Positions 49,501-62,989 of a stretch of DNA of 64,000 nt are shown piece by piece. Under the pieces are notes generated by a model. That model worked only from the letters and a program-made list of their open reading frames with translations, was not told the origin of the DNA and made no database searches. The position numbers and the translations under genes are program-made. Source of the stretch: Vicugna vicugna (lineage: Eukaryota); contig MU062844.1 in the NCBI GenBank assembly GCA_013265495.1, positions 923,548-987,547 on the forward strand. Direction: 5' to 3'. The stretch's first letter is position 1; each line of letters starts with the position of its first letter.

Positions 49501-50280
49501 ATTGCATATTTCACTTAAGAAAGGGTTTTAAGTTCTAAAAAATGAACCAATAATAAATCAAAAGCACATTATCTCATAAGAAAAGGCAAGGCTTTATAGA
49601 CACACACACACATACACATAGACACACATAAAGAATTGCCTACACATTATTTTTTCATTTAGTCACATGCTGTGAAAACTTCATCTGGGATATTCAAGAG
49701 TCAAAGAACCGGTGCGGAAATGATTGAATTTGTAAGCATTTCCCACCTCACCTCCGGCCTGGTTCCTCTTTAGAAATAAAAGGACAAAATTAATGTTTGT
49801 ACAGTACCTTCTACATGTCAAGCCCTTTGCTAGGTGGTCTTCCAGTTTAAATTAGAGCTTTACCTTCATTTTTACTGATGAGAAAACCTGGGCTTCAAGA
49901 GAGTAAGTATATTGGCAAAGTCTCAAAGTTACAAAGCGATGGAGCTGGAGTTTTCCCCCAGGTGAAAGAGGTGTCCCATAGAGAAAGGTGCTATCAGCAA
50001 GGAAGACATGTGCTGGGCACAACCCCTGCACTTCAAAAATTCAGGTGTGTCTATCTTTTCTAAACACTACCCAGGCTCAGCCAGAGATCACACCGCTAGA
50101 GGTGATCAGGCAGGTCAAGGATGCGGGGATTCCTTCAATGCCACACTTAATGGAGTTCCACATGATTCCAACTTGATGGTCCTGTGTAAGCCACAGACTC
50201 AAAGTGACCCCAGTTCCAAGGTATGTGCTTTGAAATTTCTCTGACGTGCCCTTATAAATTACAAATACCAACCCCTCTCC

Positions 50281-50850
50281 TATTCTGCTAGTGGGGCTAT
50301 AAATTGCCCTTTCTGGAGAACAATTTGGTAATACCTTACTAAAATTGTTCAGACCCTTTCACCAAGGAATTTCGCTTCTAGGAACATAGCCTAAAGGAAT
50401 AATCATAGAAGCACACTGAGATTTATGTACAAAGATGAACACTGCAGCATCATTTGTAATAGTGAAAAATTGCAAAGAATTGAAATGTCCAAAAGTAGGG
50501 AATGGTTAAATAAAATATGATACAGCAACACCATAGAATATTCATATGCATCTGCTAAGGATCACATTCCTGGAAAATATTTAAGGACATGGCGAAATGC
50601 TGGTGTATATAAATATTGAACTAAATAAAACAATGCAGAACACAGATCTCTATACAATGTTATCCCATTATCTGTATGTGTGTGTTCATATAGGTTCGTA
50701 TAGGTTTGTATCTATCTCTGTGTATGTCTGATAAGATATACAACAAAATGTTGACACTGTTTATCTCTGGAGGTTGATATCACACATAATTTTTTAAAAC
50801 TCTTTCCTTCTCATACCACTTCCTGAAATGAGTGCATATTGCTCTTAAAA
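50281..50850 (+). mobile_element. L1ME 3' region
   Basis: ctttctggagaacaatttgg, aattgaaatgtccaaaagtagggaatggttaaataaa, caaaatgttgacactgtttatctctgg. Confidence 0.8.
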
Positions 50851-51000
50851 TTTTAAAAGAAATATTTAACTTATAAATGTCATCAAGAGAAACCAGAGTG
50901 TCAAAGAGTGAAGAAAATAGTAATGTAGACCCTTAAATACTGGAATTTCAAATACTCAGGGAGAATGAAGGTATTTCAAACCAAATAAGTAATAGCCACG

Positions 51001-51360
51001 TATCAGTCAGCCTCTGTCACATAAAACCACAAAATCTTGGTGACATATGACAAAAACCATTCATTTAACTCACATGTCAGTGAGTTGGCTGGGGTAGGCT
51101 GATCCAGGCTAATCTTACTTGTGTGTCTTTGGGCTGGCAGGGTTTGCATGACCTAGACTGAGCTGGGTTAGGGTACCTGCAGTGGTTCTGTTCCACTCGC
51201 TTCTTGTCCTCTCCAGTGGGTAGGGGTCCATCCAAGTTCTTCTCATGGTGAAGAGAGAGGTGCCAGATGGCAACCCCCACCATGCAAGTTCTCAGTAAGA
51301 CTTTGGTGGCCTCAAGCACAGTTACAGTGAATCACATGACCAAACTGAATCAAGAAGCAA
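51001..51360 (-). mobile_element. MLT1K/J-like LTR
   Basis: tatcagtcag..cacaaaatcttggtgacat..catttaactcac...aatcacatgaccaaactgaatcaag. Confidence 0.65.
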
Positions 51361-51848
51361 TCCTGCTTCTTTAGCTGGAGGAGATGCAAAGGCACATGTC
51401 AAAGAGCATGAAGACCCGGAGCCATTAATTCCATTTCCAGTGGTCAGCCTCGTTGATAGATGCTTGCAACTGGTGTGAGTTGCAGACCAGACTTAACAGG
51501 TCATCCTTTGCGGTCAGTGACAGATTTCTGCACCTCCACCGCCTCCACCAACAATACTTTTAGTTCCATGGATACCAAGCATGTTTCTTGATGACTGGCC
51601 ATTTGAGTTTGTTTGTTGTTTGATTTTGTTGGTTGGTTGGTTTGGGCTTTTCTATATCATTCAAACCATTAATTATCCTTGGGATGGCTGTTATTAATTT
51701 GTTCCATTGCGTATTTTACTCTAGCCTTCCTGATGACACAAAGGAAAATAACAGTGTTCTGAAAGGCAAGTGATTTGCCCAAGAAATGTATCAGTCAAAA
51801 CCACAACTTATAGCCACACAGGCTGGGCCCTGCAAGACTCCAGAGTTC

Positions 51849-52066
51849 TGCTGTCCAAATGGTAGCCACTGTTGACATTTAACTTTTAATTAATTAAAAT
51901 TAAATGTCATTAAAATTAAATACAGTTAAAAATGCAGTTTCTCAGTCACATGAGAGACATTTCAAGTGCTCAATCACCACATGTGGCTAGTGGCAACCAT
52001 AATGGACAGTACAGACACAGAACAGCTCCATATTTGCAAAAAGTGCTGGTGGACAGTGTTGCTCCA
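51849..52066. mobile_element. MER3 MITE
   Basis: ctgctgtccaa...catttcaagtgctcaatcaccacatgtggctagtggcaacc...cagaaca..tccata.ttgcaaaaagt.ctggtggacagtgttg. Confidence 0.8.
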
Positions 52067-52329
52067 GATGGCACCACTGTCATGAACTACGATGTGGATG
52101 GTGCCCCCTGGAGTTGTGCAATCCAGCAGTCCCAATCCAGTAACCTGGGTAACTTGTATCCAGGTCTCCTGGCACTCAGTATAATTCTGCATATGCTCAG
52201 ATTTTTGGTCAACATTTTTAAATGCGCTGGCTTTGTTTCATCCTTTCAATTTAACAAACATGTACCTACTGTCCTTTTAATCAGACTCTGCAAATCTAGT
52301 TCATCCTGGATACTTTTCAGAGACTAATG

Positions 52330-52800
52330 GGTTCCTCTGATGTTCTAGTTCCTCCCCTTGGCACCCTCTGGCCCTGGACCATACCATCTCCCAACACTCC
52401 TTGCCTCACACTCTTGGCTCCAGTACATTTGTAGTCCACCACACATGTTATGTTGTTCTGTGTCTTTGGACTTGGGGACGTTTGGACATTCTGTCCCTGT
52501 AGCTAGAATTCTTTTGTCCCACTCATTACCTGGTCTTCTGAGGCAGAAACTCAGTCTGCCTTTTGACGGATGCTTTTCCTGACCACAGTGATTGAGAGGC
52601 TTCCCTCTACCTTTATGCTCCCACCGTATCTGGGATTGCCTTTTTCCTTCCCCCTCTGCTCTCCTATCTGGCTTCCCTTCCAGGCTGGGAGCTCCCTCAG
52701 GATAGGACATTTTGTCCAACTTGGAAGGTTGAAGTGGCCCTGTAGGCAGATCCACCCTGAACTGCTGTTCCATCACTTGCTGGCTCTATAATCATAGACA
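52330..52800 (+). mobile_element. L2 fragment
   Basis: ccttgcctcacactc, cattctgtccctgtagctagaattc, tcagtctgcc..gatgcttttcctgacc. Confidence 0.55.
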
Positions 52801-53319
52801 AGATGCTTTAGCTTGTCTGTGTCTCATTTTCCTCATCTGCAAGATGAGGATAGTAAGAGGAGTGTTTTGAGGGTGAATTGTGGTGACACATGTAGGAAAC
52901 TTAGCAATGCTCGGCATACTTTAAGGGCCTACTAAGTGTTAGCAATTCTTCTTTATATTGTGAGAGTCTGGCATACAAGAGGTGTTCATTTATTGCTGCC
53001 TGAATTAGTAAAATGATAGGAGACCCAAACTATGGAAATCCCCATGGGTTATCATGGTGCTATAGAAGACCCAGGTACTTTTAAATGGTCCACTCCCTGA
53101 CACAAAAGAACTGGGAGCAAATTTTGCTTATTATCTATCGCCAAGGAGAAAGCACAGACCTTTGTTTGAGATGGTTCTTCCTTCAGATAGTCCCAGGCAG
53201 GGAGCAACTCCCCATTTCTTCAAGAGGCTGCCTCCTGGATGTGAAAATGGTTAAGGATCTACCTAGCACACTAGCTTTGCAGTAGCTTAAGGTCCGGTCA
53301 GAATAATCACCATCAAATG

Positions 53320-53800
53320 TCTATCACATATTGGGTACTTAATATGTGCCAGTGATTCTCAAATGAGGGCAATTTCTCCCCCAATAGTGGACATTTGTCA
53401 AGGTCTAGAAGCAAATTTGGTTGTTACAGCTGGAAGTGGGAGATGCTACTGGCATCCAGACCAGGGACACTGGACAGAGACAGAGGGATTCTGCTCGACA
53501 TCCTTCAGTGCACAGGACAGGCCCCCACAAAGAAGAAGGATCCAGCTCCAGATGTCAATAGCCTCAAGGCTGAGAAACCCAGGTATGTTCCAAGACACTG
53601 AGCATTACAAGCATTGTCTCATTTAAAATTTCATGATGACCAGTTATGAGGAGGCACTGTTATTATCATCACTGTCCCCATTTTCCAAATGAAGAAACTG
53701 AGGCTCAGTTATACAAACCGCCCACAGTGGCACAACCAGAAAGTGGGAGAGACCTGATCTGAACCCAGGCAGCAGGATGCAGGGCCCATGCTCTTAGCAG
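53320..53800 (-). mobile_element. MIR interrupted by MER20
   Basis: tattgggtacttaatatgtgc | caagacactgagcattac...ccccattttccaaatgaagaaactgaggctcag. Confidence 0.75.
53350..53582 (+). mobile_element. MER20 hAT MITE
   Basis: cagtgattctcaa...ggacatttgtcaaggtctagaag...gatgtcaatagcctcaaggctgagaaacccag; degraded 8-bp TSD atatgtgc / gtatgttc. Confidence 0.9.
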
Positions 53801-56559
53801 CTGCCACATGCTGGGGGTCGCTGCACCCTCCAAATCCATGGAGCCGAACAGTGAGAACACCAGCTTGTCACCGTTAAACCTGAGGTGGAATCCTCATTTG
53901 GCTACAAGGCATCCACGTGATCTTGGGCACCCTGACTGTTAAGCCATGTAAACTTCTATTTTCCCACCTGTAAAATGGGGGCAGGATGCTCACCTCATGG
54001 GGTCGTGTTAAGGGTTAAATCCGACAATGAATGTGAAGTACCTGACAAATAGTCTGACACTCATTAAAAGGTAGCTGCTGCTATTACAGTTGTCCTTGTC
54101 AACATCACTATTATTATTCCCATCGCCTTGGAGGCCCAGATTCCCTCCCACCCGATCCTAAGGAAACAGAACTCAGTTTTGTAGCTGGTCCCAGTGCGCC
54201 AGCTGGCTCTCAGAGACCAGTGGGATGCTGCCTCCCCAACGCCAGATTGCTCCCCTGCAGAAGGGGGCCTGCACCTCACCTCGGGAGGCCACAGCAGCTC
54301 CCAAGGAAAGGGGGATGTTGCTCACATGTTCAGGGTTGTGGGACCCAGAGCAGAAGGCTGGACCACTCGGGCTGTTCCCTCTTTCCTGGGGGTTGGTTCT
54401 TCCTGGTTCCTCCATCAAGAAGTATCCAGGTCCTTCAGTGTGGGAAGCAGTGATCCCTGCCCTGCCCCAGATTCATGCTGTCCTCAGAGGCTTTGTTCCC
54501 CCACGCAGGGAGGGAGATGATGGCCATGGGGGAGAGCAGAATACTTTGAAGAGAAAAATCATGTCTCTCTGCTAACTGTCTGGGAATGCCTATCTTTTGG
54601 AAGGTGCCAAGAGAATGCAACAGCCAAACTGGAGGGACAGTGCTAGAAAAGCTTCCAAAACATAGGAGGTGGGGTTGATTAAGGCAGTGCTTTCATGAGG
54701 CCCCTCAGACCCAAGACCAGCATCACTTCTTGCCTCTATTAATCACAAGAAGACCCACCATTTATAGCCCACTGTGTGTCAGGCACTGTTTTCATTGCTT
54801 TGCACTTATCATCTTTCATCCTGCAATCAGCGTACCCATGAAGAGGACTGTTGTGTCAACACATAAAAGATGCTCAGAAGGGGGCAAATAGGAAACAATA
54901 CGTAAGTGTTGGCTATTGTCACCATCATTATTACTACAACTATTGCTGTTATGACTGCTCTGCAAGACAGGTATTATCTCCATGGAATAGCAGGGCAACT
55001 GGAGGCTTAGAGAGGCTGATTTGCCCAAGGCCGCTAAGGAGGTGGGAAAGCACAGTAGTTAAAACAACAGGCTTTGGCATCAGACCAACATTCACATCCT
55101 GATTGAGCTGTTTAGTAAGCACATGCTGACTTGGGCAAGTTATTTCCCCTTCTGAGCCCTGGATTTCTCTCCTGCAAAATGAAGAAATAGACTAAAGGTT
55201 CAGGTGACGATTCCACCTGCATGTTTAATTTTTGGTCAAGGTCTTCATTCCTGCCAAGTGCCGATGCTGCAAGAACAGACACCTCCCCACCCCTTGACAA
55301 CTGTAAGACCCAAGGCAGCCTTTGGACACCTAGCGGGCAGCAAGGAAGACACTCCCTTCCCCCACCCACATATGATGAGTTAAAGTGATCCCACTCGGGT
55401 CTTGTGAGCTGGGTCAGTAGGAGTGGGTGCCACACCACCCCATTATCATTATCCAATGTCATTATCATTTGCATTTTCATCATCATCTCAGGTTGGACTG
55501 CAGGTTGGAGAAGAATCTTCTGACCTCTGCACTTAAGTCTCTCCAAAGCCTCTGACCCTCCCCAGTGGTGACCTCCTTCTCTGCCCGTCCAGAAGCCTGG
55601 AAGCAAAGCCATCCTGATAGCCACCCTCTCTCCAACCATGCAGGCTGGTCAGCAAGCCCTCCCCTGGCAAGGAATGGGAATGCAGGAAGCAGCCTGGATC
55701 CCCACTTGCTCTGCCTCTGGGGGAGGGGGATGCTGGAGGAGGACAAGGCTTTTATACACAAAGCAGATGCACCATAAACTCATACTCCCTGGGCACAGAC
55801 ATTCCGGGGGAAATGCTGCCGATTTTACCCACTCGTTCCTCTGAAAATAACTGCACACACTACCTGCCAAGTTTCCGGAACAGAACAAGTGCTGAGGAAT
55901 AGGGAACTGATGGAGAGATGGAGTTTTGGGTAATAGGAAGTGAACCACATTGCTTGGTTCATCAACAGGTCTCTGAAAGAGGAAAAGGATCTGTAATGGA
56001 CTTTATCACTTGTCAAATGTTTTTCATGATAGCGATATTAATTGCTGTCATTTTTAAAGCAGCTACTCTGTCCTGGCTCTGCCCTTACACGCACAGTTCC
56101 ATTTAATTCTGCTGCTACTAGAAGTATCACCATTTTTACAGATGAGTAAAGTGAAGCTCAGATAGGTTAAGTAACTACCCCAAGGTCACACAGAATAAAA
56201 TAGCAGAATTTTGATTCAAAGCCAGGCCTCTCTGACTTCTGAACTCTCTTCTTCTAAAGCTGCCCTTCACACAATCCATTTACCTGTGCTTCTCAACAAT
56301 GGATGGGTAGAGATAGACTGCTAGGTAAGAGAGAAGATGGAGACAGATTAGGTGGAGATAGGGAGAGTGATAGATGACAGATAAATAGATAAATGAGAAA
56401 GAAAATTAAATATACCTTTGATGAATGTCAAACATATCTCTATACCCACTTTTCTAGACGAGACAGCTGAAGTTCCTAGAGGTTGAATAAAACTTGCTCT
56501 AAGTCCAGGTCAGCAGAAATCAGAACTCATTAGTCTCATATTCAGTGGCTGTGTGTTGA

Positions 56560-57120
56560 GGGTCTGCTATGTGTGAGGTGTTGCACCAAGTGCTAGAGAC
56601 AAGACCTGCCTCCATGGAGCTTAAAGCCCAGCAAGGTGGACAGATTGAAAGGAGCAACTAACAGCCAAGTTGGGTCTGCATTGCGACAGGGAGAACCACT
56701 CTGGTGGTCTAGGAAGGCATCCTTGATAGTCTCTGGAAGAGCGAAAGACAGGAGCCAGAGACAGGGGTCAGCCGGAGCGTCTGCTGGTAGGGATGGTGGC
56801 AGCAGACAAGATTTAGCAGCCAGCTCACGTAGGACTCTGGGGACCACACTTATGCACTTGAACGTTATCCAGACAGCAATGAAGCCTTATTGGAGACTGT
56901 CATCGGGGACTGACATGAGTAGTGTGTGTTTAAGAAAGACCCAGTGGGCTGCTGGGTGGCTGCAGAGACCTGTCAGGAGGCCACGGGAGTCATCTGGGTG
57001 AGGCTCAGTGGTGGCTTGGACAGGTGGGCAGCTATAGGGATGGAAAGAAGTAGGCAAACTGGGAAATGTCTAAAGGGAGAACTGATAAGATGTGGTTGGA
57101 GGGTCAGGAGTGGCCAGGTG
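56560..57120 (-). mobile_element. L2 fragment
   Basis: ctgctatgtgtgaggtgttgcaccaagtgctagagacaagacctgcctccatggagctta...gggtgaggctcagtggtggcttggacagg. Confidence 0.7.
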
Positions 57121-57337
57121 TCCTAGATATTTGAGAACCTTCCTATTTAGATCTTATGTCCTGATTCTTGGTTCAAAATCTATAGTTCTCTTAACAATTA
57201 CAGGTAGGTATCCCAGCTCCTAGTTTGGTATTGACTCCTATCCTATTCCTATCTTTTTGTATGAGAGAACTACCTCTCCAGAGAGATCTATTCAGTATGT
57301 GTAAAAAAAATTTTTCACCATGGGTGTGGAACTCCCC

Positions 57338-57828
57338 TGTGATAACAGAATAAATAATGTCCTGCTCCAAGATGTTTGCATCCTAATGCCCAGAACCTGT
57401 GAGTATGTCACCAGACACAGCAAAGAGATTTAGCAAGTGTAATTAAGTAAGGATTTGGAGGTGGGGAGATTAGCCTGGATTATCCAAATGGACCCAATGT
57501 AACCACAAGGGTCCTTGTAAGAGGCAGGTGGGAAGGTTAGAAAAAGGAGATGTGGTGAAGGAGGCAGAGGTTGGGGGGATGCACTGTGAAGATGGAGGAA
57601 GGGGCCGTGAGCTAAGGAATGCAGGAAACCTCTAGATTCTGGAAAAGATAAGGATACAGATTTTTCCTTGGAGCCTCCAGAAGAAACACAGCCCTGCTGA
57701 CACCTTGATGGTGGCCTCCATGAAACTCATTTGGGACTTCTGACCAGAACCTTAAGGTAATAAATTTGTGTTGTTTTAAGTCACTAAATTTGTGCTAATT
57801 TGTTACAGCAGCCATAGGAAAATAGTAC
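57338..57828 (+). mobile_element. MLT1C/D solo LTR
   Basis: ggattatccaaatggacccaatgtaaccacaagggtccttgtaagag, ggagcctccagaagaaacacagccctgctgacaccttga, tgttacagcagccataggaaa. Confidence 0.9.
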
Positions 57829-57980
57829 CATGGGAATCTTAAAACTGTACTTCACGAAATAGCAAATAAAAAGATGTATCAGGTCTGTATTACATTCATG
57901 CAAGGGGAGAGGTAAAGGGAGAAGACAGAAACAGAGAACCACCACAAACAGAAATAAGAACAGAGTGCCGAAGCTACCTC

Positions 57981-58422
57981 TATTATGGGGATTGAACTGT
58001 GCGCCCTCCAAAAAAAGATATGTTGAAACCCTAACCCCCAGTACCCCTAAGTGTGACCTTATTTGGAAACAGGGTCATTGCAGATGTAATAGGTTAATAT
58101 GAAGTCTTACTGGAGTAGAGTGGGCCCCTAGTGCAGTGTGACTGGTGTCCTTGTAAGAGGACACAGACACACACGCGTCATGTGATGACAAAGGCAGAGA
58201 CTAGAGTCATACAGCCACAAACCAAGAAAAGCCAAACACAGCCAGGAACCGCCAGAAGCTAAGACGTGTCAAGGAAGGACTCCCCTACAGGTTTCAGGGG
58301 GAGCGCGGTTCTGCAGACACCTTGATCTCAGACTGCCAACCTCCCAAAACACAAACAAGACAATCTATTTCTGTTGTTCTAAGTCACCCACTTCGCTACG
58401 GCAGCCCTAGCAAACAAATACA
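57981..58422 (+). mobile_element. MLT1B solo LTR
   Basis: gatatgttgaaaccctaacccccagtac..gtgaccttatttggaaacagggtcattgcagatgtaat...gcagccctagcaaacaaataCA. Confidence 0.9.
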
Positions 58423-59489
58423 CCTACTTTCATGAAGCCCCGCCTACTGGGCTTCTGGGATACTGGTATTAAATAAGTTGCACTTTTGCAGCTATAGGCA
58501 TATTTTTTCAGGCCCCTTCCCCCCCCAAAATCAAACCTTATCATATTTTCGTGTTTCTAAAACTTCTTACCTCAAGTATGTACATTTAATATAGACTATC
58601 TTCCTTTCTTTTTTCCTTCCTTCACAACTTCCTTTCCTCTTACCATCAAAAGGCCACTCTTAAATTAGTGGTGCATTTTACGATCAAGAGCATTTCAGAA
58701 TCAAGAAAATGAAATTCATGGTTATCTAGTAAACAACTGAGCATCATAAATGCTGAGATACCTCTGAACGCCGTGCTTACAGCAGAGCCTGGCAGGTAGT
58801 CATCTAGCTTAGTAAATAATTGAGTGTTGAAAGTAGGGGGCCAGGGGACAGATAGAGAGTCTGGATGTTATCCAAAGGACCTGGAAGGAATGGGGTTAAG
58901 GCTACACGAGGCCCCAGGCAGAGATACACCCCACCATGAAATATGCATTTCTTCCCTCAGTGCCGTTACATTCTATGACTGTAATTCTAACAGCACAATT
59001 AATTCTCTACTGAGAACTCCACGTGGTCGCAGAAACTCATGTTAAAGTTTCTGGAGGTGAAATCCTTTTCAGCCATATCCGTTTCTGAAGAACGTTACCA
59101 GGAAGGTGAGGGAAATGACAACTCCCCGTAGAAGGATAGCTAGGCAAGGGGCATGGAGTGGGGAAAAATGGCATCTGGGAGAAAGTCTCAGAGGCGTATA
59201 AATCCTGGGGGACACCCCCAGGGCTGTGGCCCAGGACAGGGGGCAGTAAGCACAGATGAGTCCAGCCAACCCAGAGGTCAGTTCGGCCCCAGACACCAGG
59301 CACGGCTTTGCCCCTAACCCAGCGGAAGATGACATCCATTTGGAGCCACAGGGTCTTCATGTGAAGAGGAAGCATTTGAGACCTAGGTGAGGGAATGGCA
59401 GCTGGGGTCGTGCTAGTAACCACTGGGAAAGGAGGTCAAGTGTGACACCGGTGGTCTGGGGTGGCAGTGAGGGGGCTAATGGCCTACAG

Positions 59490-59715
59490 CAGGGGTTCTC
59501 TATGGGAGGGCCAACTGTGCCTCCCAGTGAATATCCGGCAACGTCTGGAAACATTTTTTGTTGTCACAGCTTGGGGAGGAGGCAGGGTATTACTGGTATC
59601 TACTGTGTGGAGGCCAGAAATCCTGCCCATCACCCTACAGTGCACAGAACAGCCCCCCTGGATAACAAAGAATTATCTGGCCCACGATATCAAGTGCCAA
59701 GTTTTAATAACCCTG
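59490..59715 (+). mobile_element. MER20
   Basis: caggggttctc...ggcaacgtctggaaacattttttgttgtcacagc...aacaaagaattatctggccca...ataaccctg. Confidence 0.88.
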
Positions 59716-61899
59716 GTGTATAATCTACCAGCATTCAGGTTTGATTTATATTTTTTAAAAATAGGTAGGGGGTAGTTAGACAAAATAGGTGAATCGATGG
59801 GTAAGTGGGTGGGTGAATGAATGGACCAATGGACAGAAGGATGGACGGACAGACAGACAGATAGAAAAACACAGATAACTCCAGTGCCATCAGTCATCAG
59901 TTTATTACTGCGACACATTCTACGGGAGCAACGAGCACATCCCAAATAGAGCTCCAGGAACTTGCCTAGGGAAAATGTACTCACTTACCAGGCCACCCCA
60001 CAGCAAGTAACTGCTGGGGAGCAGGTATGACCTGTTAAACCACCACAGCTGCCTTCACTCTGTGGGCTCCTCTCCATGTGCCTCTACTGCAAAGGAAGCA
60101 GGGTCAGGGAGCCGCCCTGAACAGTCCGCAGCTGGGCAGTGGGTTGGGAAAGAGACACACTCCCTCAAGATCCCCCAGCTTCTATTACGTCCCCCTTTCA
60201 TATACCCCCACTCTGCTGCACAGCACTGGTCACAAGTGTAATTCAGCAGCAACTGGTATTATCAGGTGAGAATTACCTCCCCGACTGGACCATAAGCCCC
60301 ATGCAGTTGGCACTTGGTGTGTCCTGCTTCCAGCACCATCTCCAGCAACAAGCTGGAGTGCTCATTACTTGTTTGTCAAATGAATACACAACCGTAGGTG
60401 ATGACCGCACTATCAGAACCGAACCCAACAAACCCGGCCCTGACAAATGAGCTGCCCCGAGGAGGGCTGAAATCAAGGCTGTCTCTCAATATCCGGGTCA
60501 CGTCATCACCATCTGTGGGGGTCACCTTTTCTTCTGTCTGCTTAGCTACATCATCTGGTGCCTCAAAGTCAAGGGGCCCACTTCAGGTCTCTCCTGCTCC
60601 TAGCCATATCCATCCCACGGAGAAGTGTGGGAAATGGTGCTTGAGAAAGCAAGTCGGAACACTCTCGGCCATGTGAAATTAGGGTCTGGAAGAACACGGG
60701 TGTAACTCAGACAAATGTGCGGACATGTTTAGCATCTTTATTTTCCTTCTAAGTACCAATTACTCATCCGAGGCCCAAATGGTGGCAAGTTTTCTTCCCC
60801 AAGGGGACAGACTGCAGACACCAGAGAAGTGGGTAGAAGGGAGGTTGAGAGGGACACAGGATAAGAAGACTGGGTCCCACCTTTGCTGCAGAGGAAGCTA
60901 GGGAGAGCATAGGGGAGTGGCTACCTTCCAGGGCAGCTGCAGCCTCCTGCAAGGTTATCTGCAGCGGGCACAGGCTTGAAAGTGACGGGGCAATAAAAGT
61001 GAGTCATCGTCACCCAGTGAGAGCCAACTCAGCCGCCCGGGGCTCTGTGAAGCGTATCCCCAGATGCAAAGTTACTCAAATTCTGGAATGAGTTTTGCCT
61101 GAATAAAGGGCATAAAAATGTCCGTGCCCATAACGACTGGCTGCTGTGTATAGCCAGCGCAGCTGACCGAGCCAGGGTGATCAGCTGACAAGTGCCACCT
61201 GAAGTGAGCCTCACGCTGGAGACAGTGTCATATCCTTTAGAGACATCTGTCCTCAGGCTCCTAACCCAGCTCCCTGGCTGCCTAGCTGTGTGACCTTCAG
61301 CAAGAATGTCTCCTCTCCGATCTTCAAGTCCCACACACCTAAGGGATCACTAGGTGCCCTTCGTTCTCTGAAATGCACGCAACCACTAGGAACAGCTCTG
61401 TGTATTATTCCTCCCAGGGTTGATGTTTGCGTTTTAACCAGAAGCGTCCGCTGGCTCCAGCAGCCTATTGGTGAAGGTTATAGGTTCCAGAATACAACTG
61501 TCCAGATTCAAACCCTGCCCACATCAACAATTACCTCTGTGACTTCAGGCAGGTTACTTGGCCTCTCTGAGCCTCTGTGTCTTCGGGCTAAGGTTAATAC
61601 AACCAATGGAAAGGCAAGGAATCTTTTCCCAAATCCCCAGCCCCAGGCATCCGTCTTTTGATTGGATTCCCCATGATCCAACATCTTTGTGCTAAGGTTT
61701 CCAGACCCTTCTGTTTGGGGCAGAAGCCAGAGCATCCTGACAACCATCGCCATCTGCTCCACAGAGCACTAGCACCAATACAGTGTGTTGGAAGGAAGGT
61801 GTTTGTAGTTGAACAAGAAAGTTTTGGTGAAGGCAGAGCACCAAAAAGAGGTTGGGACATGAGCTCTGAGCCTGCCAATCTCGGGTTCCCCCTCAGGAC

Positions 61900-62075
61900 T
61901 ATGATGGACTGACTTGGTCAAGCGACCTAGCCTGGGCCTCAGTTTCCCCATCTACAACATGAGGATAATACTATTAATATGCTCCTCTTGAGGCAGAGAT
62001 TATCAGGAAGAGGAAGCACACTTTGCACAGTGCTTGGCAAGTAGCAGGCCCTCAGTAAATGTTAGCTGTAATAGC
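61900..62075 (+). mobile_element. MIR
   Basis: gggcctcagtttccccatctacaacatgaggataatac...cagtaaatgttagct. Confidence 0.75.
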
Positions 62076-62989
62076 TAACGCATCACTACCTCCGCAACCT
62101 TGTGGAAAACCCCACGGGACTGGTCCGCAGGCCCCGCTAACCATTCCATTTCTCCCTCACTCCCTCTTTCTCACTGCCATCTCAGGAGAGAAGCATCTCG
62201 CCCCCAAGTGGGCCCCTTCCACTCTGTTCCACTCCCACCCCACAAGCCACGTGGAGGCTGGCACACGTGGTCCTGCGGCAGCCCGCACCACTCTGCTCTC
62301 CATTTCGGGCTGTGCACTCCCAATGCCGCCCTGGGCCACTGTCCTCCCCTGCCACCTCCTGCGCCCACCTGCATGCCCGTGGCACATGTGGGCACACGCG
62401 TTCCTGTCAGGCCCACACCTGTGGGAGGAGAGTCCCGGCTGCCATGGCTGAAGCAGAAGAGCAGGTCTCCCCCCTCGTCACTCCTTACTCCATCACAATC
62501 TGGTTTCCTCCCTGTGCCACCCAAACCTGCCCAAGCCACTAATGACTCCCACCTGCCAAGTCCAGCATCATTTCTAGGGCCCTGCACGCCTCCTGGGGGC
62601 ATACAATATAGATGGCCAGCACCACCTCTAACTCCTCCTCCCTCAACTCCTCTGACCCAGCAGGCTCCTGCTGTTCCTTCCCACCTTGTTCACATTCACT
62701 CACTCCTACACTCTTTCACTCAACAAACGTTTACTGAGCGCCTACCCTGAGCTGAACGCTGCTGGGACATGATAAAGAACAAGGCAGACCCCAAGCAGAC
62801 AGTATGCTCCTACAGTAGGAGACTTTGCATCAACACCACCTGGAATCAAACCCCAGTTCGGCCAACTTTCTCTCAGCAGCTTGCTTACCCTCTCTGGGTC
62901 TCAGTTACCACCTCCGGCTCAATTGTGGGATTTGCACGAATGACCATCAAGTATTTAGCACAGTGGGTTTCCTTTGCTGACCCACCCTA

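Noticed and set aside
52061-52074. CTCF-like GCTCCAGATGGCAC
   Set aside because: Two mismatches in the 5' core and located at a MER3 edge; too weak to call.
62059-62750. 216-aa and overlapping ORFs
   Set aside because: Pro/Ser-rich translations of C-rich DNA in several frames, no recognisable homology, no exon structure.
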